Below, piece by piece: positions 18,194-27,004 of a DNA stretch of 64,000 nucleotides (positions are counted from its first letter, which is position 1; the number at the start of each line of letters is the position of its first letter). The position numbers and the translations under genes are program-made. The notes beneath the pieces were generated by a model. That model had not been told where the DNA came from and ran no database searches. It saw only the letters and a program-made list of their open reading frames with translations. This DNA comes from a bacterium. Its GTDB lineage: Bacteria > Zhuqueibacterota > Zhuqueibacteria > Oceanimicrobiales > Oceanimicrobiaceae. The stretch lies in contig JBHHYI010000002.1 of the NCBI GenBank assembly GCA_046757525.1, forward strand, positions 1 to 64,000. Direction: 5' to 3'.

Positions 18194-19416
18194 ATTGCAT
18201 TGATTGTAAATCCAGGATGCAGCTTTATCTGGACCAGGCGCTTCCCCGTGAGGAGAGCAAGCAGATGCTCGAGCATTTGAAGGCTTGTCCGGATTGCAAC
18301 AACGAGTATCAGACTTTGCAGAGAGTGGACGCCCTGGGCCGATTGGAGGTTTTTCCAGGGCCACCGTCGGAATATTGGGACACGTTGCCACAGCAGATCA
18401 CCCGTCAACTTCCGCGCAGAGAACTGATCAAAGTCTCCAGGAAAACAATTCCGTTGCGGCCCAAGTTCCTTTTTTCAGGGCGATTGCGGGCGGGGCTTGC
18501 TGTGGCCCTTGGCATTGTCGCGTTAGTCCTCTTAATGCGAAGAAGCCATTGGCTCGATCAGGACGGCCCTGAGGTGCCTGGCAATCCAGGCGTGACAGTG
18601 AAATCGACTACCCAACAAGTCCCACCAATTAACTCGTTGCGTAAACGGGAAAGCAGCGACAAAACGCGGCACACCACAACCAGAGTTGCTGAAAGACCTG
18701 ACGGATTCCGGTCGCACAAAAACATGGACGCTACGGCCAACCCGCCGGATTCTCACCCACAGCAACCAAAGTCCTCGCGTGGAATGTCGGAAGGTGTGGC
18801 GCAAAAGCAGCCTGAGCCGGTCCAGGACGTGTCACAAGAGTTGCAGGAGCCTGCGACGGTGAATGCCCTGGCAGGACTGAAGGAGGTGAGAAAAGCCAAA
18901 CCTTCGCCTCTGACCACTATTGAGTCACCCAAAAAGCTTACCCAACTGTACCCAATTCCCAGGGATGAATTGGCGTTGTCCGTTTCCAAAATGGTTAAGG
19001 AAACGGCTTCCAATTCAAGGAGGCACGTGCCCAACCAGTTTGCCCTGAATGTCGGTCGAGAGGTTCCGTCGGACCAAACCTCTCAGGACCACAAGCAGCT
19101 TGGTGAGACCGACTCGAGACAAGACGATTTTGCTGAAACCCTGTGGTTGGTGCAAGAGAGCACAACCCTTGAGGAAAAACGGAACATCTGGCTGTCTTAT
19201 ATTGCCAGAGAACAGGCCCCCACCTACCGTTCTCTGGGTGTTTATCATTTGGCCCGGGTCCTAACCCAACGAGTTGAGCAGTCGAAGAACAAAGAGAAGG
19301 CCCTCCAGGCTCTCAACTTTTTCCGGAAACACGAAAAGTCGTTGCGACCTTTAATGGGAGGCCGGCAGTACGAACTCGAGCTGAACGCATTCACCGCCGT
19401 ACTTGACGGCCGTTGA
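18190..19416 (+). CDS. Anti-sigma factor with zf-HC2 zinc finger, TM and long extracytoplasmic region
   Basis: C..YLD..HLKACPDC (HxxxCxxC); ATGA overlap with the sigma gene. Confidence 0.88.
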   Translation: MNCIDCKSRMQLYLDQALPREESKQMLEHLKACPDCNNEYQTLQRVDALGRLEVFPGPPSEYWDTLPQQITRQLPRRELIKVSRKTIPLRPKFLFSGRLRAGLAVALGIVALVLLMRRSHWLDQDGPEVPGNPGVTVKSTTQQVPPINSLRKRESSDKTRHTTTRVAERPDGFRSHKNMDATANPPDSHPQQPKSSRGMSEGVAQKQPEPVQDVSQELQEPATVNALAGLKEVRKAKPSPLTTIESPKKLTQLYPIPRDELALSVSKMVKETASNSRRHVPNQFALNVGREVPSDQTSQDHKQLGETDSRQDDFAETLWLVQESTTLEEKRNIWLSYIAREQAPTYRSLGVYHLARVLTQRVEQSKNKEKALQALNFFRKHEKSLRPLMGGRQYELELNAFTAVLDGR

Positions 19417-19554
19417 CCAGACCCGAACTATACTATTATGTCTCATTTCTTGCATCGGTCAGGCCAGTCATCCGGCGGCTGCCGGCCGGCCCTTGACGGG
19501 CCCGTTAGAGGTCCGGCCTTTGACGGACGCCCGACTGACAAAAGTGCAAAAAGA

Positions 19555-19715
19555 AATGGAACGCGGATTGCACGGATTTAACTGATCCGAACGGATTAGC
19601 CCGATTTAATCTGTTTGAGGCAGTCAGTCTGAACGGTATAGCTCATCAACCGTTTAATTTGTACAAGAAACAAATCCGCGTAAATCCGTTCGATCCGTAA
19701 AATCCGTGTTCCATT
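19555..19715. repeat. Inverted repeat with 43-bp arms built from ~9-bp ACGGATT units
   Basis: AATGGAACGCGGATTGCACGGATT.. (19555-19597) / ..ATCCGTAAAATCCGTGTTCCATT (19673-19715). Confidence 0.8.
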
Positions 19716-19839
19716 CGTTTGCGGCTGCGCCGCGCTAGGGCTACGAAACTGTTTTTAGAAAACCCGTGCTCCTGGTGACGCAAACGACTCATTAATGAGA
19801 CCAGACCTCCTTGCTCCTCCCCCTCCTTCTTTTAGCCGT

Positions 19840-19876
19840 GAAAAGGCTGTGCGTTCTTGCACGGCCTTTTCTTTTT
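19840..19876 (+). terminator. Intrinsic terminator
   Basis: GAAAAGGCTGTGC-GTTCTT-GCACGGCCTTTTC followed by TTTTT. Confidence 0.8.
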
Positions 19877-19961
19877 GAGTTGATTTTGTGCTAAATTTTC
19901 AGTAATGTTTAAGCACAATGATCACTGAACCTGAGTTAGAAACAAACCTTAGCTTGCGAGC

Positions 19962-20822
19962 ATGAACCCTGTGGACCTGAACGCTTCCGATCTCCAGGGG
20001 CTGGTCGCAACGGCTTTGGCTGAAGATCTCGGCAGCCGAGGCGATGTGACTTCCGATTGGTTGCTGCCCGATGAAACAAAGGGCACCGCGGTCATCGTTG
20101 CCAAACAGGAAGGCATCATTGCCGGTCTTCCGGTTGCCCAGAAGGTGTTTGAGACTGTGGATCAGGAGCTCGTTTTTACCCCATTCGTCCGGGACGGAGA
20201 TCGCCTCCAGAGGAACACAAAGGTCGCTCAAATTGCCGGCTCTGCAAGAGGCATTTTGACTGCGGAACGGACTGCACTGAACTTTTTGCAAAGACTGTCC
20301 GGCATTGCAACTCTAACCTCGCAATATGTGGCACAAACACAGGGCACCAAAGCCAGAACCCTGGACACCAGGAAAACAACCCCTGGGTTGCGCCACCTGG
20401 AAAAATACGCGGTACGCATGGGCGGCGGGCTAAATCACAGAATGGGATTGCACGACATGGTCCTGATTAAGGAGAATCACATTGAGGCGGTGGGAAGCTT
20501 AGCCAGGGCCGTGACATTGGTGCGGGAACGGTCGAGTCGCGACAACTTGCAATTGAGCGTTGAGGTGGAAACGCGCACTTTACAAGAAGTAAGCGAAGCC
20601 CTTGAATCGCAGGTGGACAGAATCATGTTGGACAACATGCCATTGAGCGAAATACAAGAGGCCGTGCGGCTGGTCGGCGGAAAGGTGGAGGTGGAGGTTT
20701 CCGGTGGCGTTACCCTGGCAAATGTGCGCGCCATCGCGGAAACCGGCGTGGATTACATTTCCGTCGGTGCGCTCACTCATTCCGCGCCAGCTTTGGATTT
20801 GTCGCTGTTAATGGGGCGTTGA
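19962..20822 (+). CDS. nadC: Nicotinate-nucleotide diphosphorylase (carboxylating)
   Basis: ERTALN, DTRKT, NHRMGL, LIKENH, EVE, MLDN, SGG, ISVGALTH. Confidence 0.97.
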   Translation: MNPVDLNASDLQGLVATALAEDLGSRGDVTSDWLLPDETKGTAVIVAKQEGIIAGLPVAQKVFETVDQELVFTPFVRDGDRLQRNTKVAQIAGSARGILTAERTALNFLQRLSGIATLTSQYVAQTQGTKARTLDTRKTTPGLRHLEKYAVRMGGGLNHRMGLHDMVLIKENHIEAVGSLARAVTLVRERSSRDNLQLSVEVETRTLQEVSEALESQVDRIMLDNMPLSEIQEAVRLVGGKVEVEVSGGVTLANVRAIAETGVDYISVGALTHSAPALDLSLLMGR

Positions 20823-20875
20823 AGTCCAGGCAGTTTTGTGAATCATCACACGGGAATCTAAACGTGAGTAGTTCG

Positions 20876-21286
20876 ATGTTAAAAAAGATCGACCACATTG
20901 GAATTGCGGTTGCTGATTTGGATCCAGCCGTCCAGAAGTACAGTAAAATAACCGGCCGTGAACCCGAGCATAAGGAGATCGTGAGCGAGCAAAAAGTGGC
21001 CACGGCTTTTTTCCCGATAGGAGAAGTACGTCTGGAACTGCTGCAAGGCACGCAGCCAGATTCGCCGATTTCCAGGTTCATCGAAAAGCGCGGTGAAGGG
21101 TTCCACCACATCTGCTTTGAAGTGGAAGATCTCGACCAGTCGGTTGCGGCCCTCTCCCGGTTGGGTTTGCAATTCATCGAGGGAGTTTCGCGCAAAGGTG
21201 CCGGGGACGCTCAGGTCGCTTTCATTCATCCTAAAAGCACGGGCGGCATTTTGATTGAATTGGTGCAATACCCCAAAGAAAAATAA
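20876..21286 (+). CDS. mce: Methylmalonyl-CoA epimerase
   Basis: KIDHIGIAV, GEGFHHICFEV, AFIHPKSTGGILIEL; ATG 20876 preferred. Confidence 0.93.
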   Translation: MLKKIDHIGIAVADLDPAVQKYSKITGREPEHKEIVSEQKVATAFFPIGEVRLELLQGTQPDSPISRFIEKRGEGFHHICFEVEDLDQSVAALSRLGLQFIEGVSRKGAGDAQVAFIHPKSTGGILIELVQYPKEK

Positions 21287-21295
21287 ACTGAAAGA

Positions 21296-23182
21296 ATGAA
21301 CACCGCACTCCCGGCAGTACAGAACCATTCGCTGCTGGAAAAGTTGAAAAGCGTTCCGCGCAAGCCTGGCTGTTATCTGTTCAAAGACCGGAAGGGAAAG
21401 ATCATCTACATCGGCAAAGCCAAGGTGCTGCGCAACCGCGTGCGCTCCTACTTTCAAGACGGTCGCCTGGAAGGCCCAAAGCTGCTTCGATTAAAAGCCA
21501 GGATTTCTGACTTTGAAACTATTGTTACGGATACGGAGATGGAAGCCTTGATTCTCGAGATGAACCTGATCAAGGAGTACAAGCCACGCTACAACATCAA
21601 CCTCAAGGACGACAAGAGCTATCCTTATATTCGGGTCACCAACGAACGCTTTCCACGGATTTTCCCAACGCGCAGGATTATCAAGGACGGGTCGCGCTAC
21701 TTCGGGCCTTACACCGATGTTGGGGCCATGCGCAACCTGTTGAAATCGCTCAAGCGCATTTTTCCCGTGCGAAGCTGCAACTATGATCTGACTGAAGATG
21801 CGGTTGCCAAAAAAAAATACAAGCTCTGCCTGGATTACCACATCAAGAAATGTGACGGCCCTTGCGAAGGTCTGGTCGGCGAGGCAGAGTATAACCGCAT
21901 GGTAGATCAGATCGTCAACTTCGTCAACGGCAAGAACGGTCAGGTGGTCACCGAACTCAAAGACAAAATGTGGAAGTTGGCCGAAGCCAAGAGATTCGAA
22001 GAAGCTGCCCGCGTTCGCGACCAGATTCAGTCGGTCGAGAATTTTCAATACAAGCAAAAAGTCGTCACAGACGATTTGAAAGACCGGGATTTCGTGGCAG
22101 TGGCCGTGGAGGACGAACATGCTTGTGGCGTTGTTTTCAAGGTACGCGACGGTAAAATATTGGGGCGCCAGCATTTCTATTTGAACGGCGTCGAGGGGGA
22201 AACATTTGCGGACGTGGTTTCGTCCTTCCTGAAGCAGTTCTACCTCAAGGCGGATTTCATCCCAGAAGAAATATTCCTGCCGGTGGCCATCGAAGACATT
22301 GAGCAGATCGAACGTTGGTTGACGGAAAAGCGGGCGGCCAGAGTGAAACTGGTCGCACCGCAGAAAGGGCAGAAGGCAAAACTGATCGACATGGCCCTGA
22401 AGAACGCGCAACTGTTGCTGCAAGAATTGCAACTTCAGGCGCAAAAATCCAGGGACTACATTCATCACAACGTGAAGTCCTTGCAACGCGACCTGCGTCT
22501 CAAGCGACCGCCTCGCCGAATTGAATGCTTCGACATTTCCAACATCCAGGGGAGCGATCCAGTGGCTTCCATGGTTACGTTTGTCAACGGTAAACCCAGG
22601 AAAAGCGACTACCGCAAATTCAAGATTCGTGTAAAACAGAGTCCGGACGATTTCGCCATGATGGCCGAGGCCGTTAGCCGGCGTTATTCTGGGTCCCTGG
22701 CAAAAAAACTGGAAACCCCGGACCTGGTCTTGATCGACGGCGGGAAGGGGCAATTGTCCACTGTTGTCAGCGTTTTTAAACAGCTCAACCTGGCGGGACA
22801 GGCAGTGGCAGCCCTGGCCAAAAGGCTGGACGAAGTGTTTTTACCCGGAGCCCCTGAACCACAAAATATCCCGAAAACCTCGTCCGGGCTGAAATTGTTG
22901 CAGCAAATCCGAGACGAAGCCCACCGCTTTGCCGTCACCTACCATCGCACCCTGAGGAAGAAGCGCACGGCCAGGTCGGCCCTGGATGCCATTGCCGGCA
23001 TTGGGCCAACACGGCGAAATGGCTTAATCAAGTATTTTGGCTCTGTTAAGAATATTAAAGAAGCCACCGTGGATGAATTGGAAATGGTAGAAGGGATTAC
23101 CAAAGAGCTCGCCAGAAGGATTTGGGATCATTTTCACAAGATACCGTCAGACGATTCCGGATCGAGGTCGGCAACGATATGA
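21296..23182 (+). CDS. uvrC: Excinuclease ABC subunit C
   Basis: PGCY..YIGKAK.LRNRV, LKDDKSYPY, RIECFDIS, IDGGKGQ, RDEAHRFA, HhH. Confidence 0.98.
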   Translation: MNTALPAVQNHSLLEKLKSVPRKPGCYLFKDRKGKIIYIGKAKVLRNRVRSYFQDGRLEGPKLLRLKARISDFETIVTDTEMEALILEMNLIKEYKPRYNINLKDDKSYPYIRVTNERFPRIFPTRRIIKDGSRYFGPYTDVGAMRNLLKSLKRIFPVRSCNYDLTEDAVAKKKYKLCLDYHIKKCDGPCEGLVGEAEYNRMVDQIVNFVNGKNGQVVTELKDKMWKLAEAKRFEEAARVRDQIQSVENFQYKQKVVTDDLKDRDFVAVAVEDEHACGVVFKVRDGKILGRQHFYLNGVEGETFADVVSSFLKQFYLKADFIPEEIFLPVAIEDIEQIERWLTEKRAARVKLVAPQKGQKAKLIDMALKNAQLLLQELQLQAQKSRDYIHHNVKSLQRDLRLKRPPRRIECFDISNIQGSDPVASMVTFVNGKPRKSDYRKFKIRVKQSPDDFAMMAEAVSRRYSGSLAKKLETPDLVLIDGGKGQLSTVVSVFKQLNLAGQAVAALAKRLDEVFLPGAPEPQNIPKTSSGLKLLQQIRDEAHRFAVTYHRTLRKKRTARSALDAIAGIGPTRRNGLIKYFGSVKNIKEATVDELEMVEGITKELARRIWDHFHKIPSDDSGSRSATI

Positions 23183-23387
23183 AGACTTCCGGTAGTCGAT
23201 ACATATTACTTTTGCAACCTATCTTGTTTCAGAAAGCCAAATTCTTCATTGGCAATGTAATAAGAAATCCGCTTATGGACAAGACTTGTTTAGAAAGCTA
23301 AAATATTGCATTGCATGCTCAATTTTCTTACTTTTGGGAGCGAAACTTATTGTCATAAGAAGCTCACCACTAAAAAGGTGTTAAAAT

Positions 23388-23603
23388 ATGATTGATCTAA
23401 AAACAGTTGACCAGCTTAAACAAGCGTCCATCGAAGAACGGCTCAAGATTATCGAACTCATTCTTCAATCCCTCAAAGAAGATATTAAACAAAAACCTAA
23501 AATTGCGGCAACACGATTCAAATCTTTCAAGGTTCGCAAATTTAGTTTGGGTCAAGAGGTTCATGTGGATCGTGAGGATTTATATTCGGAAAGAGGATTA
23601 TAG
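23388..23603 (+). CDS. Putative antitoxin
   Basis: 71 aa, 3 bp upstream of a PIN gene, ends DREDLY. Confidence 0.7.
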   Translation: MIDLKTVDQLKQASIEERLKIIELILQSLKEDIKQKPKIAATRFKSFKVRKFSLGQEVHVDREDLYSERGL

Positions 23604-23606
23604 AGC

Positions 23607-24068
23607 ATGTTTGCGATTGACACCAATCTTCTGGTCTACGCTCACAATGAGGATTCTGAATTCAACGAAGCAGCAACTTCATTCTTGGAGAGAGTTGTAA
23701 ATGAGCGAGACGAAGAAGGAAATCTCTCCGTCTGTATTCCCTCACAAGTATTGACAGAGTTTGTCAATGTGATTACACGACAGCGTTTGGAGAAGCCACT
23801 ATCACTTTCGCAGGCAATCGAGGCAGTAAATGACTATCTCAAGGTAGGTATCAAGATAATTCATCAACGTGAAAACCAAATTCAGACTTTTTTGGAATTG
23901 CTCGGTTCTCTAAGCTCTCGCAAGAAAGTCTTTGATGTGGCTCTTGCTGCAACACTAAAGGACAATGGCATATCAGGACTTTACACAGTCAATGCCAATG
24001 ATTTTTATGAATTTGATTTTTTGGAAGTTCTGAATCCATTGGAATCTGAAACACAGGAGTCTAAGTAG
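23607..24068 (+). CDS. PIN-domain (VapC-like) toxin
   Basis: IDTNLLVYA, VLTEF, FDVALAA, LYTVN..DF. Confidence 0.9.
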   Translation: MFAIDTNLLVYAHNEDSEFNEAATSFLERVVNERDEEGNLSVCIPSQVLTEFVNVITRQRLEKPLSLSQAIEAVNDYLKVGIKIIHQRENQIQTFLELLGSLSSRKKVFDVALAATLKDNGISGLYTVNANDFYEFDFLEVLNPLESETQESK

Positions 24069-24240
24069 CTGTCATTAAAAGAGAGGATCTAACAACAACT
24101 GGTGTGGATTTGCAGGCTCTGGATTCCTGGGTTGTATTTGTGCACTCTCAAAGTTATTTTGTAGCAGCCACAGGGTCTCCTTTTCTTCGCCCCATTTAAA
24201 CACATCCGTTATTGAAAAAATTTGAGCGTATGTTAAATAG

Positions 24241-25647
24241 ATGAAGAAAATTGCACCCATCGTTTTTTTGCTCCTTTTGTTGACACCGATGAGCCTACCT
24301 GGCCGTGGCGGCAAAAAATACGATCCGACAACTCTGGTCTTTCCGTCATTCCTGCACACCATGGGCGTCCGCAAAGCCACCAAATTGCACTTCATGATTT
24401 ACACCAAAAACAAAGTCAAGGTGCGCGATCCGCAAGGCATTGCCGTGGTGCGGCTGAGAAGCTGGGATGATCCCAACAACAAAAAGGACGACGACGAAGT
24501 AACCGGCTATGGGGTTAATTCTGGTGAGAACGTTGTCGTCTACAACACGTCCATGACCGGCATCAGTATTTACGGTTTGAAACAGAAAGGAGAAAAAGCG
24601 CTCAATCACCCCATGGGAATTGCCGCCAACGCGGAAGGAGATGTTTACGTAGCCGACACAGGCAACCACCGAATTGTGCGCTTGAAGAACCCAAAAAGGA
24701 AGCTGCAGTTTGTGCGCGGAATTGGTGGCGAAGGGGCTTTGCCAGGGCAGTTCAAATCCCCGACCGGGGTTGCCCTGGATTCCAATGGCATGGTTTATGT
24801 CTGCGATACCGGCAACCACCGCATTCAAATACTGCGACCCGACGCCAGGTTACACCTGTGGTTTGGCGAGCAAGGGGTTGAAGACGGGCAACTCTGGCAT
24901 CCTTCCGGCATTGCTGTCACAGACCACGGCCAGCCCTGGTCGTTCTACAAAGATGCCTTCATCGCCTTAATCGATCTGGACCATACCAGGCTACAAAAAT
25001 TTACTCTGGACGGCAAGTTTGTCAAAGCCATCCGGCTAAAAGACTTCGGCTACCAAAGCGGCCAGTTGGCGTATCTGGCCTTAGACTATTACAGCAACAT
25101 CTGGGTCACGGATTTTGAAAACCATTGCATTCACAAGTTCGACGGGAATTTGAACTATCTGACCTCTTTTGGTCGCTTTGGTAAAGACGACAAGGAATTC
25201 AACGAACCGCGGGGCATCGCTATTTACAGAAGATTTGGCCAGGTGTTTGTAGCAGAAAAAGAATCGGCGCAATATTATTGGATCGGTACCGACGTGTTCA
25301 ATTTCCGCGGTCACTGGGACGCTGAAAAAAAACTCGTGGTGCTCGACTTTTTCCTCACCGAGCCTTCTTACATCACTTTGAGCGTTAAACGGGACCAGGG
25401 TCCAACTGTCAAAGTCTTTGAAAAAGCAAAATACTTCTCCGGCCATCGACGAATTTATTTAGACGAGCACTGGAAACGGATTCCAGAGCACAGAGTCGAG
25501 AATTCAAAGGCTTACGGAAATGGCGTTTCAGACAAGCTGCAATCCATACCAGAGGGCACCTACAAACTCAAGCTGAAAGTCGAGGCCACTTATTCTTCCT
25601 ACAAATACTTTTCGAAAGAAGTAAAAACCGAGCTCCGGATCGATTAG
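24241..25647 (+). CDS. Secreted NHL-repeat beta-propeller protein
   Basis: Repeated P.GIA..G.VYVADTGNHRI units; signal peptide. Confidence 0.9.
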   Translation: MKKIAPIVFLLLLLTPMSLPGRGGKKYDPTTLVFPSFLHTMGVRKATKLHFMIYTKNKVKVRDPQGIAVVRLRSWDDPNNKKDDDEVTGYGVNSGENVVVYNTSMTGISIYGLKQKGEKALNHPMGIAANAEGDVYVADTGNHRIVRLKNPKRKLQFVRGIGGEGALPGQFKSPTGVALDSNGMVYVCDTGNHRIQILRPDARLHLWFGEQGVEDGQLWHPSGIAVTDHGQPWSFYKDAFIALIDLDHTRLQKFTLDGKFVKAIRLKDFGYQSGQLAYLALDYYSNIWVTDFENHCIHKFDGNLNYLTSFGRFGKDDKEFNEPRGIAIYRRFGQVFVAEKESAQYYWIGTDVFNFRGHWDAEKKLVVLDFFLTEPSYITLSVKRDQGPTVKVFEKAKYFSGHRRIYLDEHWKRIPEHRVENSKAYGNGVSDKLQSIPEGTYKLKLKVEATYSSYKYFSKEVKTELRID

Positions 25648-25711
25648 TTTGTCCGTCTTAACCCGGCAAGCCGGGAATTCGTGTGGCACGCCGATAACTT
25701 AAATTACAAGA

Positions 25712-25909
25712 GACGCTGCGCAATCGAGACGATTGCGTTACGTCCGACAGAGCGTTTCCTGAAAGCGCTGTGCGAGTCATCCCGAGTAGGTCACTGTTGT
25801 TCAAGTGACCGTATCGAGGGCATCGTCCTGAGCCCGACGAAGGGGTAACGGGCGTCGCCCTTCGATACGTTTCGACCAAAAACCGATCGGGACTACTCAG
25901 GACGACTCC
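25712..25909. repeat. Cluster of REP-like palindromes
   Basis: GACG..CGCAATCG-AGA-CGATTGCG..CGTC hairpin; GAGTCATCCCGAGTAG..CGTATCGAGGG / CCCTTCGATACG..CTACTCAGGACGACTC arms. Confidence 0.75.
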
Positions 25910-26035
25910 CTTTAGGATCAAAGAGAATCAACTGTCGTTCCGCTCCAAAGAAGCGTATCCTAAAAGCCGAAAGCGAAGAAGGGAACAAAATTGCATTTGT
26001 CTGGTAAAAATTAGCCTGAAACACCAACTTGACCA

Positions 26036-26452
26036 ATGAGACACCCAAACAAGACAATTTCAGTTAGCTTGATTGCACTGGTTCTGCTTCTGAATTTCCC
26101 CGCGGGCCTGGTCAATCTTTGTCAGTCCACGACTCAGGGGATGACTAAAACGACGTGTTGCCAAGGGCGAATGGTGGTGGCGCACGTGCAAGGTAAAAGC
26201 AATATCACAAGGACTTCTTGTTGCTGCAATTTCTCGACAGATGGGAAGCGGCGTTCCCCTTTGGTACACATCGCCGTAACCGACAACGGGAAAAATAGGA
26301 ACAATGAGAAGGCGTTCAAGAAAATTTCTCTGCAACCCGGGCTCACCCACAGGCAAGCGCCTGTCTCCCTTTCAAAAACAAACCTGTTGTTTCAACTCAA
26401 GGTCAACTTAGACCTAAAAATCTTCACTCTCACCTCCTCCCTTTTGATCTGA
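26036..26452 (+). CDS. Exported Cys-cluster hypothetical protein upstream of the efflux operon
   Basis: Signal-like N-terminus, C..CC..CCC, C-terminal IFTLTSSLLI. Confidence 0.7.
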   Translation: MRHPNKTISVSLIALVLLLNFPAGLVNLCQSTTQGMTKTTCCQGRMVVAHVQGKSNITRTSCCCNFSTDGKRRSPLVHIAVTDNGKNRNNEKAFKKISLQPGLTHRQAPVSLSKTNLLFQLKVNLDLKIFTLTSSLLI

Positions 26453-26758
26453 TTTCTTCGCTCTTGGCTGTTTAGGCCCGTTTTCAACTCGGGCTGAGCA
26501 AGCGAACGCAAAGCACCCCGAATCAAAGGGTCTGCCATAAGCTTGGCCTCAGCTCGAATCAAGATTGTGCAACGGCGTCCACGATCAACAAACAGTTCTA
26601 TGTACTTTTGGGCCAGGCTTCCCGGAAATCTCCTGACTCCGAGGAGGTTTCAGAGCGACTCAGGCCAGGGCTATCTGGTGGGTTGAAAAACCTGCATCCG
26701 ATCCCGCGGAATGAATAGGAAGACGAGGCCCCGTCGGCGCAAAAGCCAATGGGAAAAA

Positions 26759-26805
26759 TGTAGAATATTGTCCACATGTTTAGAGTCGGTGTGGAATAGT
26801 AGTCA
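26759..26805. promoter_or_regulatory. Paired enhancer (UAS) sites
   Basis: TGTAGAATATTGTCCA (26759-26774), TGTGGAATAGTAGTCA (26790-26805). Confidence 0.72.
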
Positions 26806-26904
26806 AACGCTCGAATCCTCGCGTGGAGAAAAATATTGGTTAGAACAGGCTAATTCACTTATTAAGCTGACAGTTGCAGCAACAAAAAATCGTTTGAAAA
26901 AAAA

Positions 26905-26920
26905 TGGTATAGTTTTTGGC
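26905..26920 (+). promoter_or_regulatory. sigma54 promoter of the tolC-cusB-cusA operon
   Basis: TGGTATAGTTTTTGGC, 85 bp before the tolC start. Confidence 0.6.
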
Positions 26921-27004
26921 ATATTGCGCAAACAATAATCCGCAACGAAGTCTGTTTGAACGATGAGCATAAAAGAGAGTTATTGATCATTTGGAGGTAA
27001 GTGT

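Noticed and set aside
19555..19715. CRISPR array
   Set aside because: Units are about 9 bp, degenerate, inverted and lack spacers; no cas genes
26500..26755. c-di-GMP-I riboswitch (ACGCAAAGC, GGCGCAAAAGCC)
   Set aside because: No GGCAAAC/GNRA P2 stem or tetraloop receptor in the right arrangement
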